From Narcine bancroftii (lineage: Eukaryota), in assembly GCF_036971445.1 (NCBI RefSeq), contig NC_091470.1, forward strand, positions 341,620,001 to 341,684,000: a stretch of DNA of 64,000 nucleotides, written 5' to 3'. The notes beneath the pieces were generated by a model. That model did not search any database, was not told the DNA's origin, and saw only the letters and a list, made by a program, of their open reading frames with translations. Position 1 is the first letter of the stretch. Every line of letters starts with the position of its first letter. This document shows positions 25,796 through 39,979 of this stretch, piece by piece. The translations under genes were made by a program, and so were the position numbers.

Positions 25796-27461
25796 ACTCA
25801 TATTTTGGCATATAAGTATGTCAACCCCCTTTTTCAGCCTCATTTTAAGGGTTTTATGGTATATCTAGCACATAGGTCAACCCCCATTTTCTTACTGCCT
25901 GAGGTGCCCCATTGTCTGGCATATAAATCGACCCCCAAAATTTACGATGCCTGAGATGGGTCATTGTCTGGCGTATATGTTGACCCCCATAGATTGCGTG
26001 GATTTATCTGCTTGGCGTTGGCTGGAAGTGATTGCTATCACAGAGGGTCCATCGACACAACGCAGCACACGACGAAAATATGAAGTGAGCTTTAAGTTGG
26101 AAATGACAGAAATGGCCAAGAAAACCAGCAACTGCAGGAAAATTTGTTGGAGTGATTGGAGGAAGGAAGAAGAGACTTCAAGAAAAATACCAAAAAGGCA
26201 ATGTTCTTTGAGAAAAGGAATCACTTATTGGCCAGAGTCAGAAAATCTCGTTTCAGAATGGGTACACTACATAGTCACCCGAAATAAAATAAAAACATTT
26301 GGGCCAAGTGGGCCAAGTCGCACCCGAACCTGAGTGATGATTTTGAGGCTACATAGGCTGATGCGAATCTGGTATGAGGCAAAAAAAACAAAAATCCTGA
26401 TCATAAAGTTGTACATTTTCATCAGTTTATTATACATAACTGGCAGAAACACCAGTTTGCATTGGCAAATATTGGAAACATAGACGATGAATTTTGACAT
26501 GATAGGCAATAGAACAGTGGAATGGAAAGATGTTAAAACTGGGCAAACCAGAAGTACAGGCCACGAAAGAACAAGGTTTATGGTGGTGTTATTGGGCATC
26601 GCAGACAGGATGAAGACCCATGGTAATCTTCAAACACAAAATTAAACTGAAAATGAAATTCCCTGAAGGTATTTTTGTACATTTTCATGAAAAGGATGGA
26701 TGGATGAAAATGATATAAAACTATGGAGGGACAATGTGTGGAACAGGTGGCCTGGGGTTTACGCAAAGAATGGAGTTTGCTGGTCTGGGATATATTTCGT
26801 AGCTGCTTAACTGAGAATACTAAAAGTAGATTAGCACTACATAATACTTACATGATGGTTATTCCAGGTGGTTTGAAGTCTATATTGCAACCACTCAATG
26901 TCTGGTTGAACAAGCCATTCAAAGACCATGTGCATGAGGAATGGAATACATGGATTTCGAGTGCAGAAGAGTTGTTTACAAAAGGTGGAACAGTACATGC
27001 TGCATCACTAGATGTGCTGTGTAACTTCATGCTCAAGGCATGGGACAAAGTTAAAGTAGAGACTGTATTAAAAATCATTTTAAAAGTGTGATATCTCTTC
27101 TGCAATTGATGGCACGAAAGATGATTTATTGTGGGACACTGAAGACGAAGTTGAAACCACCTCATCAGATACAGACTGGGGCCCATATGATGACTGTTTA
27201 AACAGTGATCAGTTTAAATAGTGAGAGTGATTTTGAAGGGTGCTAATTGTCTTGTTGTTTTCAATAAATATCTCAATGAAAATCTGTCGCAGTAAAGTTT
27301 TTTTTTGGTTTTTCCGGGTCAACTTATAAGCCAGATCAGCGCAGATTGGATTTTGAGCTGAATTTAAGGTCTCAAAAGTATATCTGGCTTATAAGTCAAC
27401 CTCCAGTTTTTGAGAGATTTTTTGGGGTTTCACAACTTGACTTATGTGCGGAAATATACGG
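25796..27461 (+). mobile_element. pogo-family (POGK-like) DNA transposon, frameshifted transposase
   Basis: Inserted at TA; TIRs CTCATATTTTGGCATATAAG and CTTATGTGCGGAAATATACGG; Brinker-like N-terminus RRKYEVSFKL...YWPESE; DDE parts NFDMIGNRTV, STGHERTRF, VIPGGLKSILQPLNVWLNKPFKD. Confidence 0.9.
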
Positions 27462-30400
27462 TAATTGAGGTGTATAAGATTATGATGGAGTGGACAGCCA
27501 GCACTTTTTTTTCCTGGAGTGACAATAAAAAATGGCAGAGGATATCTTTTTAAGATTAGTGGTGGGATGTCAGAGGTAAGCTTTTTACACAGAGGGTGGT
27601 AGGTTCCTGGAATGCATTGCCGGGATGGCGGATGAGTCTGGTAAAATAGGGACATTCAAGACTCTTAGATAAGCACATGAATGTCAGACAAATGAAGATT
27701 TATGGGCTGTGAAAGATGGAAGGGTTGGATTGTTGTGGAAGAGTTTTATATCAGCACAAGATTGTGGGTGATGTTCTGTTCTATGTGCTATGTTTTATGC
27801 TCTACTTCCTCTACAGTGCTCAAATTAATCACTTGGTTTCAACTATCCATAAGTTAAATAGTTTTTTTTTAACCATACTCTTATCTCAGATAATCTTGCC
27901 TTATCTTTCACTCTGACAGAAGCATGGCTTCCATAACTTTTCCCATATCTCTTTTAAAAGCCTCCTACTTTGCAAGTTCCTGTCGAATGCCATCAACATT
28001 TGCCTTTCCCCAATTTAGGACCAAGTTGTGGACCACTCCTATCTATTCTCATAACTATTTTAAAACTAATGGAGTTATGATGACAGGTCCCAGAATTCTT
28101 TCCTACACAAGACACCTTGATGAAGGGCTGAAGCCCAAAACATTGGTTATATATCATACCTTTCCTATGTAAAGTACACTGATCTACTGCATCACTCCAG
28201 CATTGTATTTTCACTTTAATCATGGTGTGTGCAGACTTTTCTGTCTTACTCCTAGCTTTTCTGAAGAGTTAGTCCAGTTTTAAACCCTTGGGCAATATGT
28301 CTGCATATTGTTTAATAATATTCTCTTTGATGCAATGAATACATGTTGTCCTATCTAATTTGTTTGGACTGTGAGAATTAACTATTGGAGATCAGGTCAG
28401 GAATACCAGAACGTTCAGTCACTGTCTTCATGGCTGAATTTTCAGTATTAATTACTGCATTTTAATGTCACCACTGAAATGTATGAAGGAATTGCCACAA
28501 TTCCAGTTTGCTACTCACTGACAAGTTGAATGCTCTGATCACTGGCAAATCAAGATTTAGACATATACATAAAGACTGAACATTTAAACTTTGGACAATA
28601 AGTTATGAAAGAGCTGAACACTAAAATGAGTCCAAGCCTGTAGGCTGGGAAAGAGAAAATGCTAACATAATAAAACTGTGAACCCATTCAACTGTAAATC
28701 ATTATATTGCTTGCTTTCAGCGATTAGCAAAAGTACCTTTGGATCTCAGTCAAATTTCTTTCCATTTGGTTTTAGTCAGATACATTATTCTGTTTGGTTA
28801 TTTTTCAACAAGGAGGCTGACTCTTATCACTTCCAGTTTGTTCTCTCTTAAACAACACTGACAGCAAAGCAAAGGATTTCATTTTGAAAATCTTCACTCA
28901 GCAAAAAGCAGTGAATTCTGTGTGCCATAGACAACTGTTCCTTATGAGTCAGATGGGTTCAGGCAACAGCAGGGCTTCCTCAAGGATAGCAGAATGTAAC
29001 CATGACCAGGAATTTACCTGTAGAAAAAAATGAATAGAATTTTTCAGGGGTGAGGTTCCACATCCAACTGAGACCCTATAAGGAGGACGTAACTGATATT
29101 ATTTGGTAAGAGGAGGTTTATTATATTAATGCATGTTTTCCAGTGCCTAGCTAATGATTTCATCTTGATTAATATGCCAAAGTCAGGGCTTTCAAAAAGA
29201 ACTAAATAAGTCCTTGTCAATGTGTTACGAATTAATAAAATCTTATTAGAACTAACAAAAGAACAGCGATGGAAAATTCACCAGACAATGGTAAATTCAA
29301 AATAATAGTTTTCATTAAATGATTAATAACATAACATTCTTACTTAAATATATCTTAAAACCTCACTATGCACAAATGTAAATGTGTGCGTGTGATGAAA
29401 TTGAAGCCATTACAGTTTAAACATAATTCTGAAAAAGTCAATTTTAAAGTCCAGTTTGAAATATCTTGTTGAACTTGAGGATCCTTTTCAAATCGCAGTT
29501 AAGAAGTAATTATGAAGCATTTTTAAGCATTATATCTTCAGATCTCTTTAAACTCACAAGTCTCTTCATGAACTGTCTTTCAGAGAGATATTCATCAAAC
29601 AGGTGTGACCATCTTCTGGACACAAATGAGGCTGCCTCTCTTCTTAAAAGTTGGAAGTGGTCTTTCTTATTTAAGAGCCACTTATGTTGTGTATCTCCTA
29701 TATTAAGGATAATTCAATGCGGAACAGCATCTCCCTCTCTTTCTAGAGATTACTGTCCAAATCCTGTCTTTCCAGGATGTCAAATTTCTTCAGTCTCCTC
29801 AAATGACTTCTGACCTCATCTCTGTTCCAAGAGGCTTAAGTGGTTTATGATTCTGGGAAGTCTGATGACCACAAACAGAAGCCTGTTTTTGTTTAAACAG
29901 AAGGCCTCCTTCAACAATTCTTTTTGAGTACTTGAATGCTTCACTTTTTAATAAAACAAACACTCCATTGTTCTTCACTTCTATTATGGTTCTGTTTTCC
30001 AGACACCACGACTCCAACTAAACTCTTTCTCTTAATGGAATGGCGTTTCTGCAAATGTGCTGTGAGCTGTGACCTGTGTGTGACTCTGATTCTAGCCCAG
30101 AATTCCATCATTAGAAATATTTTTAAATCTATTTCTTACTTTACTAAGAAATATATATCTTATAGCTAAAAATTTTAACTTTAAAGATTAACACAAATCC
30201 ATTACAAATGACAGGGTGGTACACCAATCATGGACTGTCTACACCACTGCAAATCACTCTTTTTACACTCGCATTACTGTGAATATTTATAATCTATCTT
30301 ATGTACTTAACAGCTTAATTTTTTTTACCTTTAATTCAATTAATTTACTATTATAGTTTTTCACAGATTGTACAAAGTTTATAACAATAAACTCATTATC

Positions 30401-31574
30401 ATTATATCTCAGATCTACACTAACAGACTATTTTGTTTTACATTATCTACTTTTTGTGGACAGGTTTCCTTTTGCTTGAAATTTATCAATGCTGCCTTGC
30501 ACAGAATAGTTGTTATATTTTCTTGCAACCATGAGTTGCCAGAAACGAGAGTTGTGGTTCCCTTTAACATTGAAGGTCATATATTGATCAAGATTTTTAA
30601 TTGTGAGATTGATGGAATATTGTTGATGGATTTCTGTGTGTAAATCTTCACTATTATCAGGTTAAGCACAGGGTTCTCTGTTAATCTATTGCCTGGTTAT
30701 TCAGATGCAATTTCTGCAGTCACCTCTTTTGGGGCATACTGCTACAAACAACCCCCTATTAGTTACAGGGCAATGTTCCTGACAGAGGTTCGTCAAATCA
30801 TGAGAGCCATATATAGGCCAGACAATTAGAATCTTTTTCCCAGGATTAAAATGTCGAATACTAGAGGACATGCATCTAAGATAAGGGAGGGAAGGAGATG
30901 TGCAAGGCAAGACTATCGGCATGGACTAGAGGGGCGAATGGCTTTTTTTCCATTCTGTAGCGTTCTATGATTCTAAGATTTTACAGAGAGTGGTAGGTGC
31001 CTAGTACAGGACAGTGGTGGAAGTAAAAATGATAGTACATAGTATATAAGAGGCTTTTAGATAGACATGAATATGCAGGGAATAAAGGGATATATACAAG
31101 CAGCACAGATTTCGTTTTATTTGGGATCATATTGAGCAGAGACATTGTGGGCTGAAGATCCTATTCCTGTTCTATACTGTTCTATGCTTTATGTTGTTAC
31201 TGAATGAAAGGATGCTGTAATATCTGGAAGGGATGATAGCGTCCTTCCAGTGGGTCCAAAATCACTAGTGAAGAACAGTGCCCTCAAGAGGCATATTGTT
31301 CAAGCACAAAGTCAATGGAGAACCTATGGAGCAATGAGTTTCCAGGAAGACCATGTAAATACATAAGCCTTGTCTATGAATGATTTACTTTTGACATGCT
31401 GGCAATTTCCCGTGCTGGCTTGGTCTTTTTTGTGGAATAAAAGAAAGAGTAAATGCAGTAATTGGTCCTTGAATATGGCAACACGGCGACTGACCTGGAT
31501 CAAAGAGAAGCAATCTGAGACAGGAGATCATAATCTGCAGCTTGGAACTATTTTGAGGCTGCTATTCATTGCCT

Positions 31575-32757
31575 CATTTGCCAAGCTGCTATTCATTGAC
31601 CTGCTCAGCGCTTAATACAATCATTCCCCAGAGGCTGGTGGAGAAGCTGTCTTCGCTGGAACTCAACACCCCTCTCTATAATTGGATCCTAGACATCCTA
31701 ATGGAGAGACTACAGACTGTTCAGGTCAGTGGCAGAAGGTTGAGCACCGTCACACTGAGCACTGGCGCACCTCAGGGCTGTGTGCTCAGACCACACCTCT
31801 TCACCTACTGATCCACCTCCAACAGTGTCATCACCTTTGCAGATAATACAACAGTAGTTGGCCTCATCAGGTAACAATGATGAGTCAATCTACAGAGAAC
31901 AGGTAGAAAATCTTGTGACATTGTATAAGAATAACAACCTGAGACTCAATGTGGACAAGATAAAAGAGATAACTGTGGACTTCAGGAGGACCAGGGACAA
32001 CCACGCTCCACTACACATTAATAGGTCTGTAGCGGAGAGAGTGGAGAGCACCAAGTTTCTCAGAGTCCATTTAACAAGTGACCTATCCTGGACACACAAC
32101 ATCCCCTCACTTGTCAGTAAGGCACAACAGCGACTTCATATCCTGAGAAGACTGAGGCAGACAAGACTATCGGCCACCACTATGTCAACAGGAGCTACCA
32201 TAATTTCTGCAGGAGCTTTATCAAGAGAGTTTTGGCCAGCTGCATCACAATGTGGCACAGTTGCAGCAGAGAAGTGGATTAGAGGTCATTCCACAGGACC
32301 ATAAAAGTGGCAGAGAGGATCACTGGAGTCTCTCACCCCCCCCCCCCCACCCCCCCACCAACGACATGATCTACCAGAATTGTTGTCTGAAGAGGGTGCG
32401 CAAAATCATTGAGGACCCCTTCCACCCTGCCGACAGCATCTTTCAGCTGCTCCCTTCGGACAAGAAACACAGGAAGAGCCAGCACCACCAGGCTGAGGAA
32501 CAGCTTCTTCCCACAGACAGTGAGAATGCTGAACAATCAAGGGAACTGCTCGCACTAACCATCCAAGACTCTCATTTGTACAAAACAATATTTGTTTATT
32601 AATTTGTATCGATAAAGTACTTGTCCTGCATATGTATTGTTTGTCCATATGTGTTTTATTTCTAGTTGTGTGCCTGAATGTTTCTCACCCAGGACCAGAG
32701 AATGCTATGTTGCCAGGTTGTACTTGTACAATCAGATTTCAATAAACTTGACTTACT
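31575..32757 (+). mobile_element. Rex1/Babar LINE, 5'-truncated
   Basis: [41 protein letters not shown]; tail AATAAACTTGACTT. Confidence 0.9.
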
Positions 32758-32759
32758 TT

Positions 32760-33260
32760 GTGAGAAGTTTGAGGAGAATTTGAATGGTACCACAGACTCT
32801 TGAAAATTTCTACAGGTATACTGTTGAGAGCATTCAGACTGATTCCATCACTGTCTGATATAGAGGTGCCAATGCACAGGACAGGAAAATAAATTCAGTA
32901 AGTTTTGAACTCAACCAGTGCCATCATGGGCAACAGTCTTCACTCCATCAAGGACATCTACAAAAGGCAGTCTCAAGAAAGCAGCCTCTATCCTCAGGGA
33001 CTCTCACCACTTAGGCAATGCCCTCTTCACACTGCTACCATTGAGAAAGAGGTGCAGGAATCTGGAAGATGAACACCCAGTGGCATAAGGAAAGCTTCTT
33101 ATACCTTCAGATTAGATTTATGAATGGACGATGAACAACAGACATTACCTAACTTTCTATATTTTGCACTAATATATTTATTTTTTAATTTAAATATATA
33201 ACAATATTAGCATCTGAAATACTACCCAAAATGAAGAATTTTGTGACATTCTAGATCTGA
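32760..33260 (+). mobile_element. Rex1/Babar 3' fragment
   Basis: Similar to 7370-7830 (GAAAATTTCTACAGGT...GCAGCCTCTATCCTCA...). Confidence 0.8.
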
Positions 33261-33409
33261 GTCATGGAAGAAATGTTGTATGGCTGCAATTGTTGTAGGA
33301 GATCACAGTTCTCAGTGGGAACTTAGTCTAGTTTGAATGTTGGCTCTTTAAATAGCACAAGTTTTAATAGAAATTGTTGGGGGAAAATAACTTCGCTGAG
33401 GACAGGAGA

Positions 33410-34760
33410 AATTCAGGAATACTAGAGTATGACAAATATGGTGCCATGATTTAAAAAGGACTGTAAGGATAATCTGGGTAACTACAGACCTGTTAGACTG
33501 GCGTCAATGGTCTGGAAATTGATAAAGAGGATGCTGAGAGATAGAATCCATAAACCTTACGATGGCAAGGGAAAAATTAAGAGGAGCCAACATGGATTTA
33601 TGTGTGGGAAATAACTTCCCATGAACTAGATGGAGTTTTTTTGAAGAGGTGACAATAAGAGCAGACAAGGCCAAGGCAGTTGAAGTTATTTAATAATTAT
33701 AATGATTATGTTTATTGTCAAATACATTGTACAATGTAAATCTACACCAACACTCTGTGGATTTTAGTAAAGCATTGATAAAGGTCACATGATAGGTTCG
33801 TTTGGAAGGTTGGGGCGCACAGGACAGGAGGCAAGTAGCCAACTATCTAAAAATATTGGCCCGGTGACAGGAGTCAGAGAGCAATTGTAGAGGGCAGATT
33901 TTCAGACTGGAGAACCATGACCTCCAGGGAACAGTACTCTGATCCTTCTGTGTTTTTTAATGTATGTAAATGATTTGGACAAGGACGATGGTGGCAAAGT
34001 GAGTAAGTTTGCCTGCTGACATGAAAATACTATATGTGGCCATGGTGGACAGTGAAGAAGGTTCTCTGGGTTTGTAATAAGGTCAAGAGCAGATGGAGAC
34101 CTGGACTAAGGAATGGCAGATGCAGTTCAACTCAGAAAGTGCAATGGGGTAAATCAAACCAGAGCAGGACACATTCTGTTAACAGCAGTGCCCTCAAGGC
34201 TATGGAGCTGAGGAACCCAGGGTGCAGGTCTTTGAAGATGGCAGCACAGGTAGACAGTAATGAAGAGAACATTTTGGACATTTGCCTTCATCAGACCCTA
34301 CTCTTAGTTACAAGCTAATAAAAGTGTTTGTTCTTCCTCCAGTCATGAGAGCTTTTATTCATGCTACTATCAGCCCCTCAATGCCCAGTGATAGAAGGAC
34401 TCCAGGAATCTTTTATTACAGTCCATAAAGTCATGGTGTTTAGATAAGGTTAATAGTGGCTGTTTAGTATACCCGGAGAATCTAAGTTGAGAGGGCAAAA
34501 CTATAAGGTGAGGAGACAGGATTTAGAATGAAAGTGTGAGGACAGTTCTTCACTCAGAGGGTGGTGGGCATATGGAATAAGCTGCCAAACAAAGTGGTAG
34601 AGGCAAGTACATCAGCTTCCTTTAAGAAACACTTGGCTAATTACATGGATTGGAGAGGCGTGGGCGCACTGTGGGAAAGTGGGACTATAGCATGAGAACA
34701 CGTTGCTTGACCTGGACACGTTGGGACTGTCAGCCAGTTTCCATGCTGTAAGGCTCTTAC
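33410..34760 (+). mobile_element. CR1 LINE fragment, degraded
   Basis: GNYRPVRL, SQHGF, DFSKA, VSKFA and CR1 3' region (TTCTTCACTCAGAGGGTGGTG). Confidence 0.8.
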
Positions 34761-35213
34761 TCAATTTGTCTAAAACTGATTTTCAGACCAGTAAGTTTGA
34801 CAATCTCATTGAAAACCTATTTTGCATGTGGCACTATTTGGTTCATATCACGTGCAACAAATTTTGGTGGGAGAATGAATGTGCTAAACTAAACAGAAAT
34901 ATTGCCAAAATGTCAGGAATTTCATAAGACACTTGGAAATGTGTGCAAGGTTGGTCTGTTCTCGGTTGCCAATTTCTAAATGCTAAGGATTTTTTTATCT
35001 TGAGTTATTCAAAAGAATTTTTAGGCCAAATTCTGCACTGTCTCCCAACTCCACACTATTTGCTGATAATTCTTTGTGGAAGCTCCTCCTGCCATTCTTC
35101 ACCCTTTCTTGCTCATACCTTTGAAGGACTCAGGCACAAAACTTCGGTAATATATCTTCCAATGGATGCTGTGAGACCAGCTGAGTTCCTCCAGCATTTC
35201 TGTGTTCTTTAGT

Positions 35214-37424
35214 TCATAAAGTTGGCTTTCTTCTTTTCCTTGGACAACCCTTTAGATTTGGATGACTTCCTTCCTCTCTATTTCTGTGGGTTATGAAGTA
35301 CTGATGAGGGATTTTCAATTTCTGGCACAGGAGTGGCAGAAGATGCTTCACAGAATGGTTTGAAGGTAGTAAGTTTCTTCCATTGTTTCTTTTGGCCTTC
35401 TGTATGATCCTACAGGTGCTCAGTGCCACTGCAGACAAATTAGGTGCAGGAGAATTCCTTTCTGCCCATTGAGTCAATCTTGATCACAGTTGAATGTGCA
35501 CAGTCTTGAACTTGCTTCCTCCAATTTTAACTGCCAAAATCCTGATGATGCATCTAACTTTATGAAAATATTTGCATTTGCAAACTGTCATATCATTTCT
35601 TCATGCATTGGAAGCTTAAAGTGTACTCTCTTTATTGCTCTATTTAGATTTCTTGGATCCAGGCAAATTCTAAGCTTTCCATTCTTTTTGTCCACAACAA
35701 TGAGTGAACTCACCCACTCCATTGGCTCATCTATCTTCTGAACCATGTTCAGGCTTTCCAACCTGTCCAACTCTGCCTTTAGTTGCTTTTGAAGTGCAAA
35801 TGGAACTTTTCTGCATGGATGTATTATCGGTGGCACACGTTTATTCACTCTGATTGTGTGTTCCCCTGGAAGGCAGCCTAAACCCTGAAATAGGTCATTG
35901 TACTCTTTCATGAGTTCATCATAGACTGTCTCTCCTTCACTTTCCACAATGAGGACTCTTTTTACCAGGTTCAGTTTCTCATAGGCTGTTAAATCTAGTA
36001 TGGCCTGTACATCCTTTGGTACCATGATTAATGTTAGTATGTGCTCTTTGTCCTTGTGTTTCACTTTGAATATGCATTCTCCTTGCACTGGTATATCAGT
36101 ACCTGAATATCCTGTCACCTTCACTTTTTTTCCATAAATCTTTGGTCTCTGATATTACATTAATTTGTGTTCCAGTATTCAATTTAACTGAAGTGTATAT
36201 GTCATTCACTTTTAATCTCAACATCCATTCTCTGTTTTCTTTCTGGCTTTCAGTCATAACATCTACATAGAATTCCTTTATCTCCCTTTCATCTACTGCA
36301 TGAACCTTGCTTTGTTGCACTTGGTTCCTATAGCAACGGGTATAATGGTTGCTTTTGTGGCACTTATAGCATGTTTTACCATATGCTGGACACTTTTTTG
36401 GAAGGTGCTGTGTACCACTTTCAATTGTCCCTTTCATTTTTGTTCACTGGCCATGCCTCTCTTTCCACTTAGGCGCTCTTTTTGTTAAATGGTTTATGTC
36501 TATTCTTGCTCATTGCATCCATGTTACAGCTAGTTTCACCGAACAGCCCTTTTGCTTGCAATTTTACAGTTTATGCAGCTCTACAGAGGGCTATGGCTTT
36601 TTCTAGGTCTAAATTTTGCTCTCTTAGCAGTCTTTCCCTTACACTATTATCTGGATAGACACAAGTCTGTCTTTTATTAGTGAGCTGGTCAGTCTACCAA
36701 ATTCATATGTTTTGCTTCTGTTTCTCAATTCAGTCACATACTGATCAATACTTTCTTCTGTTTTCTGTATACATGTGAAAAATCTGTGCCTCTCAAACGT
36801 CACATTATGTTTAGGTATGCAGTATGCCTCAAACTTTTCCATTATTTTTTCCAGTTTCATTTTGTCTCCTTCAGCAACAAATGTGAAATTATTATACACC
36901 TCCAGGGCTTCATCACCCACAATATATAAGAAACTGGCACTTTCATTTTATCACTTTTCTTGTCAGCTCCAAATGCCATTAAATACAATCAAAATTTCTG
37001 TTTAAATCTTTTCCAATTTTCAGCCACATTACCTGTCAACTAAAGTTTCACTGATGGATTTAATCCTTGCATTTTTCTCTTTGTTAGCTTCTCTTCACTG
37101 ATCAGTTGCTGACTTTACATTTTACCTTTTAAAGTATTTCCTTTTAATTTCCTTCATCCCACTTCTAACACCATGTTTCATCTTCTATTCGTACGTGTGA
37201 GTTCTTAGTCAACGCATGGATGAAGGAAAAGGTACTTTACTCTAAAGTTATTGTAAACAGCACCATGAGGCATGCCATGAGGCTGCAAGCCTCCATTGCA
37301 GCTCAAACATGCTTCAGTCTCCTGCTCTCCATCAGCCTCCTGCTGGCAGTCAAGTCTAATCAAACGGGAGCTATAATCAGGCCTTGCTAGTAGCCATGCA
37401 AGCATGATCACTATCATTACAACA
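35214..37424 (-). mobile_element. Gypsy retrotransposon (Mag-like): 5' LTR, gag, protease, RT N-half, internally deleted
   Basis: LTR ~37424-37174 (TGTTG...AAACA); gag NVTFERHRFF, zinc knuckle CPAYGKTCYKCHKSNH, protease KLNTG, RT GKLRICLDPRNLN and KLDASSGFWQ; then jumps to an integrase C-tail-like segment. Confidence 0.9.
37156..37173 (-). promoter_or_regulatory. Primer-binding site, tRNA-Leu type
   Basis: TGGTGTTAGAAGTGGGAT directly after the LTR; one mismatch to the tRNA-Leu(CAG) 3' complement TGGTGTCAGAAGTGGGAT. Confidence 0.85.
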
Positions 37425-37499
37425 AACCGCCAGATTCTAACCCAATCACTGGTGCTGTAATAGCGTTGCATGAACCCCCTACACTAACCATGCCACCTC

Positions 37500-38500
37500 A
37501 AATTATTTGCATAACTCAGGGGCTCCATCTGCTTGCTGTTGTCCATCACTTGCTATATCTTGCCAACAAGCAAAGGACCCACTTATTCCTACTCTCAATT
37601 CCTGTCAATCTTCTCTTTATGCCAATGTGTCACCTCCTAAGCATGAGCTTTTATGTTCTGCAATAACATTTGGATATTGCACCTCATCAAATAACTTCTG
37701 TAAACCCATGTACATATTTATTCAAAGCATGTTACTTCTTCAAAGAACTGCATTAGATTGTTCAAACATGATTTGGATTCACAAAACCATGTTGACTTTG
37801 CCTGATCACCTTGAATGTTTCTAAGTGGCCTGTTTCAACATCTATAGCAATAATAGCTTCTAATGTTTTTTGCTCTGACAGATGTTAAACTAACTAGTCT
37901 ATTGTTTCCTGCTTTCTGCCTCCGTTTCATTTTAAATGAAAGAATTACATTTGCCTTTTTCCAATCTGATGAAACCTTCCTCAAGTCTAGGGAATTTCAT
38001 AAAATTGTACCCAAAGCAACGACTACCTCGGTGACCACTTTGTTTAATGCACTCAGATCATCAAAATTTGTCGGCTCTCAGGCTCTTCAACAACTTGAGT
38101 AAAAACACGAAACTCCGCAGACATGGTGGTTAAAGTAAAAAAACAAGGCTGGAGAAACTCAGCAGGTCAAACAGCATTGATTCAGACTTGAGCTGCTGAG
38201 TTTCTCGAGCATTGCTCTCGAATAACTTACTCAGCATCACTTCCAAGTGAATGTAATTACTCCAAGTTCCTCTCTCCTTCCCAAGTCCTGATTTACAGCT
38301 ATTTCTGAGCTGTTGTTTCTTGCAAACCACCTGTTTAATTCATCTATCGTTCCCTTGTTTTCTATTATTAAATTCCCCAGCCTCACTTTCTATCAGATCA
38401 CTGTCACTTTGATAACTCTTTTCCTTTTTAAGTGTGCACAGAACCAATTGCCAACCATGCTATATGACTGGCTGACTTTGTCTCATTCTCTGATTTTCAT
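37500..38500 (-). mobile_element. CR1 LINE fragments
   Basis: GGATTCACAAAACCATGTTGACT and ACAGATGTTAAACTAACTAGTCTATTGTTTCC are the reverse complements of SQHGFV and GNNRLVSLTSV. Confidence 0.7.
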
Positions 38501-38529
38501 TTCCTTATTAATCTTTTACTCATTCTTCT

Positions 38530-39470
38530 TTTTAAAGTATTTTTATTGAAATTTACAATTAGAGAAATTAAGCTGTACAGTTATATTTTATGATACAATT
38601 GCAGAAGAAAAATAAGATTTAAAAAACCATATGGTCAAAACCAAATTTAGCAATGTTATTAAAAAAACCTAACATGTGGATATCAATTGACGACAACTCG
38701 GAAACGGCCAACATGGCATCGAAGTTTAGATCAGTATTAAATCTTTAGATTATGGTAATGGTCTATGAAAGGACCACATGTTTTTAAGAAATTAGTGCTT
38801 GAATCTTTAATGGCATATCTGATTTTTTTTTCTAAACTTAAACAGGACATATAATTTAACCATTGTATATATGTGTAGGTGGAGTATTATCTTTCCATTT
38901 GATCAATATTGCATGTCTGTCTAACAATGAAGTAAGAGACAAAATTCAGCTTTGAGATGAAGTCAATAGAACATCATGATCATCAGATAATCCAAAACAG
39001 AGTAATGAAAGGGCAAGGTTCCAATTTAACCTTAAGAATCACTGATAGTGTGTGAAAAATATCTTTTCAATATTTTTCTAGAGTAAGGCAAAACCAAAAC
39101 ACGTGAACCAAGGAAGCATTTGTCACATAGATTCATGTCAGAATAAAAATTAGCAAATTTAGCTTTAGATAAATATACTCTAAGGACATCTTTAAATTGC
39201 AATAAACAACCTTGTGCACAAAGAAAGGTAGTATTAATCAAATTACAAATGGAATCCCAAACCTCATCAGAAAATTAAAGATTCAAATCCTGTTCCCAAT
39301 CACTTTTGATCTTAACTAATGAGGCTGTTCTTAAATCAAATAAAATATTATAAATAAGAAATAGCAAACCTTTGTGAGAAAGTTGAAAATCCAAAAGTAA
39401 ATCAAGAATATTCACCTCAGAAATTTATGGAAAATTGGGAATCTGAGATTGAACAAAATCTTTTAATCAT
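38530..39470 (-). mobile_element. L1 ORF2 3' fragment
   Basis: Minus-strand LLQFK...YLSKAKFANFYSDMNLCDKC (cysteine-rich domain), MSCLSLEK, then AATAAA and A-rich end. Confidence 0.75.
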
Positions 39471-39979
39471 TCTTTGCTCTTTACATTTTTACCCATCTTC
39501 TGACCAATAGACCCAAAGACACAGGACTACAAATGCTAGATTCTGGAGCTAAAAATAAACTGCTGGCGGAATTCAACAGGTCAAACAGTATCTGTGGAGG
39601 TAAGGGAACGGTCAATGTTTCAGCTCAGGGCCCTGCATCAGGACTAAGAACGTAGAGGGAAGATAGCCAGTGTGTAGAAGTCAGAGGGAGGGGAGAGGCA
39701 GAGGCTGGTAGGTGATGGGTGGAAACATAAAAGAAATGATATTCAAAAATGCTTTTTCTCAACCAGCCAAACACTGCACCAGAAATAACAGGGAATTTCA
39801 TCATTTTGCATCACTACCTTTATTGACTGGTGGATCCTGAGAAGGCAAACATCTTCAAGGTTCTCACTGTGGACCTTTACTAACAGGGCATTGTGTTGTG
39901 CAATGAGGACTGGTTGGTGAAATTCCTATGTTTTATGGATTCTTCTTAAGCATCAGTAAACTACTCAACAATAACTATA

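Larger units (their letters stand above)
23612..27800 (+). mobile_element. CR1 LINE interrupted by Penelope-type repeat, RTE and pogo
   Basis: CR1 segments 23612-24384 (VLNEYF, EDWRVA-like), 25549-25795 (LYKTLVRPHL) and 27464-27800 rejoin across the insertions (GAGACTTA|ATTGAGGTGTATAAG). Confidence 0.8.
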
